DNA from: an uncultured Clostridia bacterium | GTDB lineage: Bacteria > Bacillota > Clostridia > Christensenellales > UBA1242 | Assembly (NCBI GenBank): GCA_944364445.1 | Contig: CALVWC010000003.1 | Location: 1-46,087, forward strand | Length of the DNA stretch: 46,087 nt | Direction: 5' to 3' | In this document: positions 28,394 to 38,808 of the stretch, in pieces | How positions within the stretch are numbered: position 1 is the first letter of the stretch | How the letters are laid out: each line of letters starts with the position of its first letter | Position numbers and translations under genes: made by a program | Notes under the pieces: generated by a model | Told to the model about the DNA's origin: nothing | The model's input: only the letters and a program-made list of their open reading frames with translations | Databases searched by the model: none

Positions 28394-31300
28394 ATGTATT
28401 TTAAAAAAATTGAAATGATTGGATTTAAGTCGTTTGCAGACAAAACCACCATCGAATTTAATGGCGGTTTTACTGCTATCGTTGGACCTAACGGTTGCGG
28501 AAAAAGTAATGTTTCTGATGCTATTCGTTGGGTGCTTGGTGAGCAGAGCGCAAAAAGTTTGCGTGGTGACAATATGCAAGATGTCATCTTCAAAGGCACG
28601 GAAAAAAGAAGAAGTTTGTCGTATTGCGAAGTGACACTCACTTTTGATAATACCGACAGATTTTTCAATATCTCATACGATGAACTTTCCATCACAAGAA
28701 AGTTGTATCGTTCGGGCGAAAGCGAATATCAAATCAACAAAAACACTTGCAGACTTAAAGATATCATTGACCTTCTTTTCGACAGCGGTATCGGTAAAAA
28801 CGGCTATTCTGTTATTGGTCAGGGTAAGGTCAGCGAAATTGTGGATGAAAAACCAGAAGAACGCCGTGCTATGTTTGAAGAGGCAGCAGGAATGGCAAAA
28901 TTTAAAAGCAGAAAGGATGAGGCGGAAAGAAAACTGGCTCGCACAAGAGAGAACTTGGTGCGTATTGATGACATTGTTGCAGAAATTGAACGCCAAATGG
29001 GACCTTTAAAAAAGCAAGCGGAGGACGCAAAGAAGTATTTGGAATATAAAGGGCAGTTAAAAGATTTGGAAGTCAACGCCTACGTCTATCAATATGAAAA
29101 TGCACATAATGTCAAAGCGGAAATCAATCAAAGGCTTGCGGGTTATGCTGAGGAGTTAACTAATCGTCAGCACGATTTGGAAGAAACTTCTAATAAATAT
29201 GATGAAGAACTTAAAAAAATGTCAGAGTTTGACAAGGAAATATCCGCGCTTAATGAAGAACTTTTGCGTGTGACTGTGGAACTTGAAAAACAAGAGGGCG
29301 AGGTTAGAGTTGTTCGCGAAAAGATTAATTATACCCAGCGAGAAAATGACCGCTTGCATCTTGATTTAACCAACGCCAACACAATTTTGGAAAATTGCGA
29401 AAGTCAGCGCGAAGTTAAGAGCAAGGAACTTGAAGAACTATCGGACAGGTTGGAAACTTTAAAAAAGACCTATGCGGGACTTTCCAATAAACATCTTGAA
29501 ATTGTCGATGAAATGACGTTAAGCGAAAATGAAGCAGGGCTTTCTCAACAAAAATTTATTGATACCTTAGGCTCGCTTTCAGATGTTAAAAGCAATGCTT
29601 CGCGATATGAGGCGGAAAGAAATATCTTGAAAGAAAACCTTGAAAATTTGCAAAAAAATTTGGTGGAGGCTCAAAAAAAGGTTGATGAATTAAAGAAGTT
29701 TAACGAAGAAGCAAAGAAAAATGTGGAAATGCTTTCCGCTAGTTTTAACGACTTGAAAGATAGGTGCGGAGATGTTTCAAGTAAAAATTTCTTAGCAAAC
29801 AAAAGGATGAAGGAACTGGAAACAGAACATGCCAATCTGTTAACGCAGATAAAGGTGTTTGAAAACAGAAGAAAACTTCTAACCGAAATGCAAGCTGAAT
29901 TTGAAGGCTATGCCACAAGTGTTAAGCGAATTTTAAAGGAAAGCGAAAGAAATGCTGAAATTTCCAGCAAAATGGTGGGCGTTTTGGCATCGTTAATCAA
30001 AGTGCCTGCCAAATTTGAAACCGCGATTGAAGTTGCACTTGGCAATGCTGTTCAAAACATTGTTACCTTTAATGAAAACGGCGCAAAGGACTTAATTGCG
30101 TTTTTGAAGAAAAATGAATTTGGCCGAGCCACATTCCTTCCAATCACCTCAATGAAAAGGCGAGATTTAGACGAGCAAAGGGTGAGAGGTGTTGGTGGTG
30201 TTTTTGGAATTGCCAGCAAGTTGATTGAATATGATAAGCAAATCGACAATGTTATAAGCAATCTTCTTGGCGCAACCGTCATTGTTGACAACATGGAAAC
30301 GGCAGTTAACCTTGCAAACGCCAATCGTTTTTCTTTCAAAATTGTCACACTGGACGGCGATGTGGTCAGCACACAAGGTTCGCTCACAGGTGGAAGCAAG
30401 AAAAGTCAGGCGGTTAACCTTATCTCTCGTCAACGCGAAATTGAAACACTTGGCAGAGAAATTGAAAGATTGCAAACAGCAGAGAGAGGGGAGATTGCTG
30501 AGATTGAAAAACTTAAAAATGAGATATATGAACTTTCAAAATCTGAAACTGAGTTAAATTCGCAAAGAAGCGATTGCGAAATTAGATTAGTTAAGGAGCA
30601 GGAGAAGCTTGATTCCAACACTAAAGATTTGGAAGAGGCACTTGACGAAGCAAAGGTCTATGAAATGGAAAAGACCTCTGTGGAAAACAAGATTAAACTC
30701 ATCGACGGCGAACTTTCAGAAATCAATCTTGTTAAAAATGCTCTCAGTGGAAACAAGGAAGATGCTGACCTTTTAATTAAGCAAAAACAGGAAAAATCTA
30801 ACGCTTTAAGGCAGGAACGCGATGAGATTGTTAGCAAAATGACAACTATCAAAGTGGAAATTGCCTCTTGCGAAGAAAAGGTTAAAGGTGTTTCGGATGA
30901 AATTGACAGGCTTATTTCAGAAATTGATAAGCAAAATGCCAATGTTTCAAACACTAAAAAGGCGATTGCAGATAATGATGCTTTCATCGAGCAAGCAGAG
31001 AACATCATCAAGGTGCAAATTGAAAACGCTAAACCTTCAACGGCGAAAGATAACATGAATTCTATTCGCGAGCGTCGTGAGAAGTTGGAAAACGAAAAAG
31101 GTGATATGTCGTCAGTTTTGAAAAGATATGATGAACAAAAAACGCAAATTTTGGAGGAGATTTCCAGGCTTAACGACAGGAAATATCGCGAAGAGATGAA
31201 TCTATCAAAAGTGGACAGCGAACTTGAGGCTATGCAAGAGCGAATTTATGAGGAATACAGCCTCACATATAACACTTGCCTTGAACACAAGAGACCAGAT

Positions 31301-31981
31301 TTCGACATCAAAGAGGCATCCATACAAATTAACAAATTGAAAAAAGATATCTCGGCGCTTGGCTATGTTAATGTGCATGCGATTGAAGATGTTGCAACAC
31401 TTCTTGATAGATATAATGATATGTCAACTCAGTCTGCGGACCTTAAAAGAGCAGAAGAGGATTTGGTTAAAATCATCAAAGATTTATCTGGCGAAATGTT
31501 GACCAAATTTAATGAAGAGTTTGAAAAAATCAATAGTTCCTTTAAGGTTGTTTTCCGCGAATTGTTTGGTGGCGGAAATGCGAGGCTGGAACTTACAGAA
31601 AGTGAAGACCCACTTCTTGCAGGTGTGGAAATTATGGTGCAACTTCCAGGAAAGGCGGCAAACAAACTTTCCCTCCTCTCTGGTGGAGAAAAAACACTTA
31701 CGGCAATTGCGCTGTTGTTTTCAATTTTGCGTTTAAAACCACTTCCATTCTCGCTTCTCGACGAAATTGAGGCAGCGCTTGACGACGCAAACATTGAAAG
31801 GTTCGCACAATATCTTAAAAAATTGTCGCAAACCACACAGTTTATTGTCATCACTCACAGAAAGCCAACAATGGAACTTGCTGACAGTTTGTATGGTGTG
31901 ACAATGGAAGAAAAAGGCGTTTCAAAAATCGTTTCTGTTAAGCTTGCCGATGCAATCAAGCAGGCGGAGCAAGCAAATTAA
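28394..31981 (+). CDS. smc: Chromosome segregation protein SMC
   Basis: GFKSF, GPNGCGKSN, coiled coils, hinge GRATFLP, LSGGEK, LLDEIEAALD. Confidence 0.97.
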   Translation: MYFKKIEMIGFKSFADKTTIEFNGGFTAIVGPNGCGKSNVSDAIRWVLGEQSAKSLRGDNMQDVIFKGTEKRRSLSYCEVTLTFDNTDRFFNISYDELSITRKLYRSGESEYQINKNTCRLKDIIDLLFDSGIGKNGYSVIGQGKVSEIVDEKPEERRAMFEEAAGMAKFKSRKDEAERKLARTRENLVRIDDIVAEIERQMGPLKKQAEDAKKYLEYKGQLKDLEVNAYVYQYENAHNVKAEINQRLAGYAEELTNRQHDLEETSNKYDEELKKMSEFDKEISALNEELLRVTVELEKQEGEVRVVREKINYTQRENDRLHLDLTNANTILENCESQREVKSKELEELSDRLETLKKTYAGLSNKHLEIVDEMTLSENEAGLSQQKFIDTLGSLSDVKSNASRYEAERNILKENLENLQKNLVEAQKKVDELKKFNEEAKKNVEMLSASFNDLKDRCGDVSSKNFLANKRMKELETEHANLLTQIKVFENRRKLLTEMQAEFEGYATSVKRILKESERNAEISSKMVGVLASLIKVPAKFETAIEVALGNAVQNIVTFNENGAKDLIAFLKKNEFGRATFLPITSMKRRDLDEQRVRGVGGVFGIASKLIEYDKQIDNVISNLLGATVIVDNMETAVNLANANRFSFKIVTLDGDVVSTQGSLTGGSKKSQAVNLISRQREIETLGREIERLQTAERGEIAEIEKLKNEIYELSKSETELNSQRSDCEIRLVKEQEKLDSNTKDLEEALDEAKVYEMEKTSVENKIKLIDGELSEINLVKNALSGNKEDADLLIKQKQEKSNALRQERDEIVSKMTTIKVEIASCEEKVKGVSDEIDRLISEIDKQNANVSNTKKAIADNDAFIEQAENIIKVQIENAKPSTAKDNMNSIRERREKLENEKGDMSSVLKRYDEQKTQILEEISRLNDRKYREEMNLSKVDSELEAMQERIYEEYSLTYNTCLEHKRPDFDIKEASIQINKLKKDISALGYVNVHAIEDVATLLDRYNDMSTQSADLKRAEEDLVKIIKDLSGEMLTKFNEEFEKINSSFKVVFRELFGGGNARLELTESEDPLLAGVEIMVQLPGKAANKLSLLSGGEKTLTAIALLFSILRLKPLPFSLLDEIEAALDDANIERFAQYLKKLSQTTQFIVITHRKPTMELADSLYGVTMEEKGVSKIVSVKLADAIKQAEQAN

Positions 31982-31990
31982 GGAGAATAT

Positions 31991-32887
31991 ATGGGGCTTT
32001 TTAAGAAAATTGGTCAGGCACTTAGGAAAACTAAAGAGGCTTTAACAAGAAAAATCGATGAACTTTTAAGTCATGGTGAACTTAATGACGAGTTTTTTGA
32101 CGATTTAACTGATGTTTTAATATCTTGCGATGTTGGCGTGAAAAGTTCCATGGAAATTGTGGATGAACTTCGTGATGTTTGCCATGCAAAAAAGGTGAGA
32201 AACGGCGAGGGAGTTAAAAAGGTTTTAAAGGAAATCTTAAAGCAATACTTTATGGATGCGCCAAAAATTGAAATTGAATATCCTTGCATCATCACAATTG
32301 TTGGTGTGAATGGCGTTGGAAAAACAACAACAATTGGAAAGCTTGCAAATTATTTTAAGACTATGAAAAAAGATGTCACTCTTGTTGCGGGCGACACTTT
32401 CCGTGCAGCCGCGTCATCGCAATTAAATGAGTGGGCAGAACGAACAAAGACGAGAATAATTAAGCATGCAGAAGGAGCAGATGCGGCGGCTGTTGTTTTT
32501 GACGGAATTGCAAGTGCAAAAGCAAAAAAGACGGATGTTTTGATTGTGGACACAGCAGGCAGGCTTCACACAAAAACAAACCTCATGGAAGAACTTAAAA
32601 AAATTAATAAAATCATAAATCGAGAATATGCTGAGGCAAATAAATACACTTTTATTGTGCTGGATGCAACAACTGGTCAAAATGCCTTATCTCAAATCAA
32701 GGCGTTTGATGAGTTTGTGGATATTGATGGAATTGTGCTAACAAAACTTGACGGCACGGCAAAAGGTGGCGTGATTGTGGCAATCGAAAAAGAATATAAA
32801 CTCCCAGTTGTTTTTGTTGGCACTGGGGAAGGTGTGAGCGACCTTCAGCCATTTGATGCCGAAGAGTTTGTGGAAGAATTGTTTTAA
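31991..32887 (+). CDS. ftsY: Signal recognition particle receptor FtsY
   Basis: GVNGVGKTTTIGK, DTFRAAA, DTAGR, TKLDGTAKGG. Confidence 0.96.
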   Translation: MGLFKKIGQALRKTKEALTRKIDELLSHGELNDEFFDDLTDVLISCDVGVKSSMEIVDELRDVCHAKKVRNGEGVKKVLKEILKQYFMDAPKIEIEYPCIITIVGVNGVGKTTTIGKLANYFKTMKKDVTLVAGDTFRAAASSQLNEWAERTKTRIIKHAEGADAAAVVFDGIASAKAKKTDVLIVDTAGRLHTKTNLMEELKKINKIINREYAEANKYTFIVLDATTGQNALSQIKAFDEFVDIDGIVLTKLDGTAKGGVIVAIEKEYKLPVVFVGTGEGVSDLQPFDAEEFVEELF

Positions 32888-32975
32888 TTTGTTTTAATAA
32901 TTGATTTATTGGAATTAAAACGCCCATTAAAAATTCAAGAATATATTTAAAATCAACATTTTGTTGTGTTTAATT

Positions 32976-33008
32976 TGCATACTACACTAGATTTTGTGGT
33001 GGTATGCA
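32976..33008. repeat. 33-bp palindromic element with NrdR-box-like core (copy 2, inverted)
   Basis: TGCATACTACACTAGATTTTGTGGTGGTATGCA; a weaker box CAACATTTTGTTGTGT lies 30 bp upstream (32954-32969). Confidence 0.75.
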
Positions 33009-33147
33009 TTTTTTTATCATTTGCTTGGTTATTTTTTTTGTTTAAAGTTCGTAAATTTTATGAGCAAAATTTTTGTCATTTATAATTAATATATGAATAT
33101 TTAAATATATATTTTTAAAGATTGTCCAGATAAACTTATAAAATTTT

Positions 33148-33179
33148 TGTCAAAATTCGACAAGATTTCTCATATAAAT
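33148..33179 (+). promoter_or_regulatory. Spo0A boxes and sigmaE/K-type -10 upstream of sigK
   Basis: TTCGACA (33156-33162, perfect 0A box on the minus strand), TGTCAAA (33148-33154), CATATAAAT at 33171. Confidence 0.55.
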
Positions 33180-33196
33180 TTGTCATAGGAGTCTTT

Positions 33197-33916
33197 ATGA
33201 TTTTTGAAAGTTTTGTTTATTTTTTTAGCCGAATAAGTTTATTTACAAACTACATCAACACTGTGCAAGGTTTTCCTAAACCTTTGACACTGGAAGAAGA
33301 AAAACGCGAATTTAAAAAAATGCGAGCGGGAGATAAAAAAGCGCGTGAAAAACTTATCAGCCACAATTTGCGATTGGTGGCTCATGTTGTCAAAAAATAC
33401 ACCAACACACTAGAAGTTGACGATTTATTGTCTGTGGGAACAATTGGACTTATCAAAGCGATTGACACTTTTGATTATGATAAAAAGGTTCAACTTTCAA
33501 CCTATGCGGCAAGGTGCATAAACAATGAAATCTTGATGCTTATTAGGGCGAACAAAAAGCATAAAAATGTTGTTTCGCTCAACAGTTTAACAAGCAGTAA
33601 TGAAGAAGATAATGATTTGGAACTTGAAGATGTGCTATCGTCAGATGAAGATGAACTTTTTATTCAAGTTGATAACAATTTAACCATGCAAAAAATTGAA
33701 AAAATCATTTCCACTAAACTTGATGAGAGGGAGAGAGAAATTATCATTCTTAGATATGGTTTAAATAATAAGCGTGCTTTGACACAAAAAGAGGTTGCGG
33801 ATAAACTTGGAATTTCAAGGTCGTATATTTCTCGCATTGAAAACAAAGCACTTGAAGTTATAAAAGAAAATTTTGAAAAAGAGCAAACGATGAAAAAAAA
33901 TGGAGAAAATGATTAA
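33197..33916 (+). CDS. sigK: Sporulation sigma factor pro-SigK (uninterrupted)
   Basis: Hydrophobic pro-sequence then FPKPL..EEE, NLRLVAHVVKKY, TYAARCINNEILM, TQKEVADKLGISRSYISRIE. Confidence 0.92.
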   Translation: MIFESFVYFFSRISLFTNYINTVQGFPKPLTLEEEKREFKKMRAGDKKAREKLISHNLRLVAHVVKKYTNTLEVDDLLSVGTIGLIKAIDTFDYDKKVQLSTYAARCINNEILMLIRANKKHKNVVSLNSLTSSNEEDNDLELEDVLSSDEDELFIQVDNNLTMQKIEKIISTKLDEREREIIILRYGLNNKRALTQKEVADKLGISRSYISRIENKALEVIKENFEKEQTMKKNGEND

Positions 33917-34074
33917 AATTCATGTTTTTTTTGAAAAATTAAGCCATTTTTTATTAATTTTTGCAAACAAATTAAAATTTTTTAAAAATTTATTTTAAAA
34001 CGCTTGACAACACTTTTTTATTATATTATAAAATTAAAGTATAAATGATTATTTTGATTTTGAAGAGGTGACGT

Positions 34075-35433
34075 ATGGAAAAATCGCAATTTTATGATTT
34101 TGTTAACACTTTGATTGTCCCTCTTTTCACGGGTTCGTTTGTTGCTGGCGAAATTGAATCTTCATCAAGAGATTTGGAAGTTGCGCTTGGAAAAGGAAAT
34201 TCTGTTTTGTTGAAACCTACCAAACTTGATGAATATAGAATTGTTTTGAAACGAGGTCAGGCGTTTAAGTCTTTTGAAGTTAATCTTATAAGAAATATTC
34301 TTGAAGAGATGACAGAACTTTCTTCGCATGGTATTGACAATGCTATATACTTACAAAAACTGCAAAGTGTTGTGATTGAAAAAGCGCTTATTAATTCAAT
34401 CACTGATGTTGCATCCGACACGATCATTGGAATTATATCTATGCTGGAAAGGTGGTCGGCACGAACTTATGAAGGGGCAAATGTTGCTATGGGCGTGTTT
34501 GTGAATTTGGCGACATTGGCGGAAGAAAAGTCAACAGTTTCATATGCTGAAATTATGAATCACGATTTTTATGCAAGACTCACTGACGGAATGTCTTGTT
34601 TTGTGGAGTTTGATAGGCGTGGGCTTCTTTTGACTTACACAAATTTAAAAAACACCAAATCTGCGCCAACAATTTCTCCTTACATTTTCGACCGTGTGGC
34701 AAGAAGTTGCAATGATAAACGCGTGGGTATTGTGCTTACAGTGAGAGGTGACATTTTAATTTTCTATGCACGCCAACTTATGTTTGCGAAAAGGAACGGC
34801 AAGTGGTGTGTTTATTCGCATGACGAAATTATTAGGCTTCTTTACAACAATGTTTCCTATACCGCCAAGCAAATTCGTCGTGCAATTTATAATACAGCGC
34901 TCGATTGCTCGTTTGGATACATGGGTGCTTGCATTGTTTATTTAAATAAGGATAAAACACTGGATGCCTTAAAATTTATTGATGTTGCAGATATCATTTC
35001 GGAACCACATTTCGAAATGAAAAAGCAGTTGGAACTTGAGGAGGCGTCGAAACTTTATAATTTGCAAACAGCAAAAGCAATTCAAGAAAAGTTTAATTGT
35101 AATCATGAAGAATATATGTTTAAAAATAATTGCATTAAATCTAGGTCGATAAGAAAAATTGTTTCAGGTAAAAAACTTTATGAACTTGACAGAAAACTTT
35201 TAGAGGATTTGGTTTCGATTGATGGCGCAACAATTGTTGACTTCGACGGCACGATTATTGCAGTTGGTGCGATCATAAAAATTGAGGCTGGAAGTTTGGG
35301 TGGCGGTAGACTGGCAGCCACAAAAAGTATGGCAAAATATGGCGTTGGAATTAAGGTTTCGCAAGATGGAATTATGCTTGGATATAGTGCAGATAAGCAT
35401 GGAAAAGTTAAACAAATCTTTAATGTTGGATAA
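34075..35433 (+). CDS. Diadenylate-cyclase (DisA_N/DAC)-like domain protein, non-canonical
   Basis: C-terminal LVSIDGATIVDFDG.I.A.GAI...GGGRLAA...IKVSQDG; GAGGTG SD; TTGACA promoter near 34004. Confidence 0.7.
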   Translation: MEKSQFYDFVNTLIVPLFTGSFVAGEIESSSRDLEVALGKGNSVLLKPTKLDEYRIVLKRGQAFKSFEVNLIRNILEEMTELSSHGIDNAIYLQKLQSVVIEKALINSITDVASDTIIGIISMLERWSARTYEGANVAMGVFVNLATLAEEKSTVSYAEIMNHDFYARLTDGMSCFVEFDRRGLLLTYTNLKNTKSAPTISPYIFDRVARSCNDKRVGIVLTVRGDILIFYARQLMFAKRNGKWCVYSHDEIIRLLYNNVSYTAKQIRRAIYNTALDCSFGYMGACIVYLNKDKTLDALKFIDVADIISEPHFEMKKQLELEEASKLYNLQTAKAIQEKFNCNHEEYMFKNNCIKSRSIRKIVSGKKLYELDRKLLEDLVSIDGATIVDFDGTIIAVGAIIKIEAGSLGGGRLAATKSMAKYGVGIKVSQDGIMLGYSADKHGKVKQIFNVG

Positions 35434-35617
35434 AATTATCAATTTAAAAAATATATAAGAAAAATAAAAAATTTCAAAATTTAGGCTAAAATTTCATAAA
35501 AAACATGAAAAAAATGTGATTTTTTGAATTTTAGCCCTATTTTTTATATATTTACTATTTAAAAATCCGTTTTAAAATAGGGTTGATTTTTATGATGATA
35601 TGTGATATAATGTGGAT

Positions 35618-35959
35618 GTCAGTCAGACAAATGGTCGCGTGTTATCGACTACCGATGACACGAGGAAAGTCCGAGCATCAAAAGAACAGGGTGCTAGTTA
35701 ACGGCTAGTGAAGGCGACTTTAAGGATAGTGCAACAGAAATAGACTGCCAAGTTTTCTTGGTGATGGTGGAAAGGTAGGGTAAGAGCCTACCGAAAGTTT
35801 GGTGACAAACTTTGCTCTGTAAACCCCACCCGATGCAAGGTTAAGTTTAGGCGACGGCGTTCTTTCCTGCCTAACAAAAATACCGCTTGATTTTGTTGGT
35901 GACAGCAAAACTAGATAGATGACCATTTGAAACAGAACTCGGCTTATAGTCTGGCTGAT
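35618..35959 (+). ncRNA. rnpB: RNase P RNA (type A)
   Basis: GAGGAAAGTCC, AGTGCAACAGAAA, GGTAAGAGCC, ACAGAACTCGGCTTA; P1 gtcagtcagac/gtctggctgat; promoter TTGATT-17-TATAAT at 35583-35611. Confidence 0.96.
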
Positions 35960-35964
35960 AATTT

Positions 35965-35987
35965 AAGATGGGAAACCATCTTTTTTT
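35965..35987 (+). terminator. rnpB terminator
   Basis: AAGATGG-gaaa-CCATCTT + T tract. Confidence 0.8.
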
Positions 35988-36021
35988 GTTTAAAAATATT
36001 TTGTTGGGCAAAAATCATCTT

Positions 36022-37245
36022 ATGAGAAAGGAAGATGTATATAATTTTAAAACCACCATATTAAATCGCGTTAGGTTTCATGCACCGATATGTTTTGACT
36101 CTGAGATTGACAGGACAATTCTTTTTAACAATGGTGTAAATTTAAATTATCCTATTTTTGTTTATAGAAATACACTTTCAAAAGAGGTTTTAAAAGCGTT
36201 TTATGAGGCAAGTTTAGAGGCTGACTTTAATTTGTTAATACCTTTAACTAATGTTCAAAGTAAGCAGGAAAAGTTTTTGAAAAAAATTAATAATTGTGTG
36301 CTTTTTGGTGATAACGCACCTCTTTCTTTTATAACCATGATAAATAAACTCAACATTAATTATCCAGCAAGTTGCAACTATGATTTAACATATAAGGAAA
36401 AATTTTTTAAAGTTAATAATGAAATTTTAAACCCTGTTTATAAAGAGTTTTCCTTGCAAAGAGAAGTGGTTGTGGATGGCGTTAAAGTGGAGTATAAGGA
36501 ATTTCTTTTGAATGGAAATAATATTTATGTCAAACTCAAAAATAACGAAAAAAGAGAGAAAAAATTAAAAATTTCTTTAAATTTTCCGTTAAAAAGGGGA
36601 TATTTTCTCTTTAAACGATTAAATCGTTGTGTTAAAATTGAAAATTTGCAAAACGGAGAATTGATGTATTTTTCCTTTATTTGTCCTTGTGCGAAAATGA
36701 GTTTTTCGGCGGTTGATGGTTTGGAAAATTCTTCTTACTCCACCATTTATTTGGAATTTAACTTGACCATTAAACCTAATGAGAAAAAAAGTTTATTCTT
36801 TTTGATGTCGAATAAAAAATTCCCTCTTAAGACAGATAAAGAATTTGATGAGTTGTTTGAGATTGCTTTAAATAAAAGCAAAGAGATTTTTGATTTAAAA
36901 GTGAAAACTAAAGATGCTAAATTTGACCAATTTTTTAACAACACTTTACCTAAAAAAATTTGGCTTAATTGGAGTAATTTTTGCGAAGATGAAAGTTTAT
37001 TAAAAAAGTATGAAACACTTAGGAGGTTGTTTATCAAAGGTAAGGATAAAATTTGCTTTGTGCCATTTAAAGAAATTGGGCTTAAAGAACTTGGAATATT
37101 TAATGGCGAGTATTATAAAAAAATTTTAATAAGTTTTGGCGATGAAAGGTATTTGCAAGTTGGAAAGACAAAATTTTTTAATATATCAAATATAAATAAA
37201 AAATCACTTTCAAAACGAGATGCGATTTTTCTTTCATTCGCGTGA
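36022..37245 (+). CDS. Hypothetical Lys/Phe-rich protein, possibly a degenerate GH94-like sandwich domain
   Basis: Long ORF; LKVKTKDAKFDQFFNNTL resembles the GH94 linker (VkTPD..fD...N.WL); no catalytic barrel apparent. Confidence 0.6.
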   Translation: MRKEDVYNFKTTILNRVRFHAPICFDSEIDRTILFNNGVNLNYPIFVYRNTLSKEVLKAFYEASLEADFNLLIPLTNVQSKQEKFLKKINNCVLFGDNAPLSFITMINKLNINYPASCNYDLTYKEKFFKVNNEILNPVYKEFSLQREVVVDGVKVEYKEFLLNGNNIYVKLKNNEKREKKLKISLNFPLKRGYFLFKRLNRCVKIENLQNGELMYFSFICPCAKMSFSAVDGLENSSYSTIYLEFNLTIKPNEKKSLFFLMSNKKFPLKTDKEFDELFEIALNKSKEIFDLKVKTKDAKFDQFFNNTLPKKIWLNWSNFCEDESLLKKYETLRRLFIKGKDKICFVPFKEIGLKELGIFNGEYYKKILISFGDERYLQVGKTKFFNISNINKKSLSKRDAIFLSFA

Positions 37246-37518
37246 AAGATACTGGAAATGATTATTCATATATTTAAAAAATAAAAAATGTTAATTTTTG
37301 CATGAAAAACGCTTTTTTATTTGAAAAAAATGCGTTTTTTCTTCATTTTTTATAATTTTTTGTTTTTGCTTCAATTTTGCTATTAAAATTTTTTAGAATT
37401 AAAAGTTGAAAAACTGCAAAATAAAATAACTTTTTATACCCTTTAAGACTTTAAAATATTTTAATTAATTTGAATAATTTATTGTGTTTTGATTTTTATT
37501 TATGATATAATATGCAAG

Positions 37519-38808
37519 ATGGAAAGTAGGCAAAGAATTCCGCTTGCAGAAAGAATGCGAGCAAAATCTCTTGACGAATTTGTTGGACAAGAGCATATCG
37601 TGGGCAAAAACAAGATGCTGACACGCGCAATCGCAACAGGTAATGTTGGGAGTATGATTTTTTATGGTCCACCCGGAACAGGCAAAACAACTCTTGCCAA
37701 CATCATTGCCAAAATGATGGATGCAAACATTGAGAAGTTAAATGCGGTTTCCAGCGGTGTTGCTGATGCTAAAGCCATCATTGAAAGAGCGCGTTCAAAT
37801 AAAGCGATGTTCAATAAGGATACTTATCTTCTTTTGGATGAGTGCCACAGATGGAATAAGGCACAAAGCGATTGTGTGTTGCAGGCGATTGAAGAGGGAA
37901 GTATATATTTCATTGGCTCGACCACAGAAAATCCTTATACCAGCATGACGCGTGCGATTGTTTCAAGATGTTCCATTTTTGAATTTAAAAAGATTAGTGA
38001 AAAAGATGTTGTCAAAGTTTTAAAGCGTGCTTTAAGCGATAAGGAAAATGGGCTTGGGCTTATTGATATTGATATGAGTGAAGAGGCAATTAAATATTTG
38101 GCTTTTGCCTCTAACGGCGATGTTAGAACGGCACTTAACGCGTTGGAACTTGCGGTTAATTCCACCAAAATGGGAAAGGACAAGCGTTTGCATATTTCAA
38201 AAGAGGATATTTCTGAATGCTTGAACAGACGACCTTTATCTATTGATGAAAGTGGCTATTATGACTACCTTTCCGCATTTTGCAAAAGTTTGAGAGGTTC
38301 TGACACGGAGGCTGCGCTATACTATAGTCAGCGTTTAATTCAAGCAGGAGTTGACCCATTGATTATTGCAAGGCGTATGATTGCGCACGCATCTGAAGAT
38401 ATTGGAATGGCGGACTCAAACGCACTTTTAATGGCGTGCTGTGCCATGTTTGCAGTGGAAAAAATTGGACCGCCTGAGTGTTATTTGAATTTGTCGCACG
38501 CAATAATCTATTTATGTGAGGCCGAAAAATCGAACAGTGTTTACATGGCGATGAGTATGGCAGAAGAGGATGCCAAAAACGCAAGAGAGGACCAAGTGCC
38601 AAACCATTTGAAAAATCATCCAAGCACTAATGATGATGGTCATGGAAAATATAAATATCCACATAACTACGGCGGGTATGTCGCTCAGCAATATCTGCCT
38701 GACAGTTTGAAAGATAGGGTTTATTATAAGCCAAGCGCAAACGGAAAAGAGAAAAATTTGATAAGAAAGAAATTTAGTAAAAATATTTCTAAAAAGGGAG
38801 AGAATTAA
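37519..38808 (+). CDS. rarA: Replication-associated recombination protein A (RarA/MgsA)
   Basis: PLAERMR...LDEFVGQEH, GPPGTGKTT, DECHRWNKAQ.D, STTENP, KSLRGSD, ASEDIG.AD, YKYPH. Confidence 0.95.
   Translation: MESRQRIPLAERMRAKSLDEFVGQEHIVGKNKMLTRAIATGNVGSMIFYGPPGTGKTTLANIIAKMMDANIEKLNAVSSGVADAKAIIERARSNKAMFNKDTYLLLDECHRWNKAQSDCVLQAIEEGSIYFIGSTTENPYTSMTRAIVSRCSIFEFKKISEKDVVKVLKRALSDKENGLGLIDIDMSEEAIKYLAFASNGDVRTALNALELAVNSTKMGKDKRLHISKEDISECLNRRPLSIDESGYYDYLSAFCKSLRGSDTEAALYYSQRLIQAGVDPLIIARRMIAHASEDIGMADSNALLMACCAMFAVEKIGPPECYLNLSHAIIYLCEAEKSNSVYMAMSMAEEDAKNAREDQVPNHLKNHPSTNDDGHGKYKYPHNYGGYVAQQYLPDSLKDRVYYKPSANGKEKNLIRKKFSKNISKKGEN

Noticed and set aside
33197-33916. skin-like interruption of sigK
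   Set aside because: The reading frame is complete and no recombinase is adjacent.
35480-35545. Imperfect AT-rich inverted repeats after the DAC-like gene (also ~37300-37345)
   Set aside because: Low complexity; adequately explained as terminator-like or chance structures.
35720-35926. 68-aa minus-strand ORF
   Set aside because: Antisense to the RNase P RNA.
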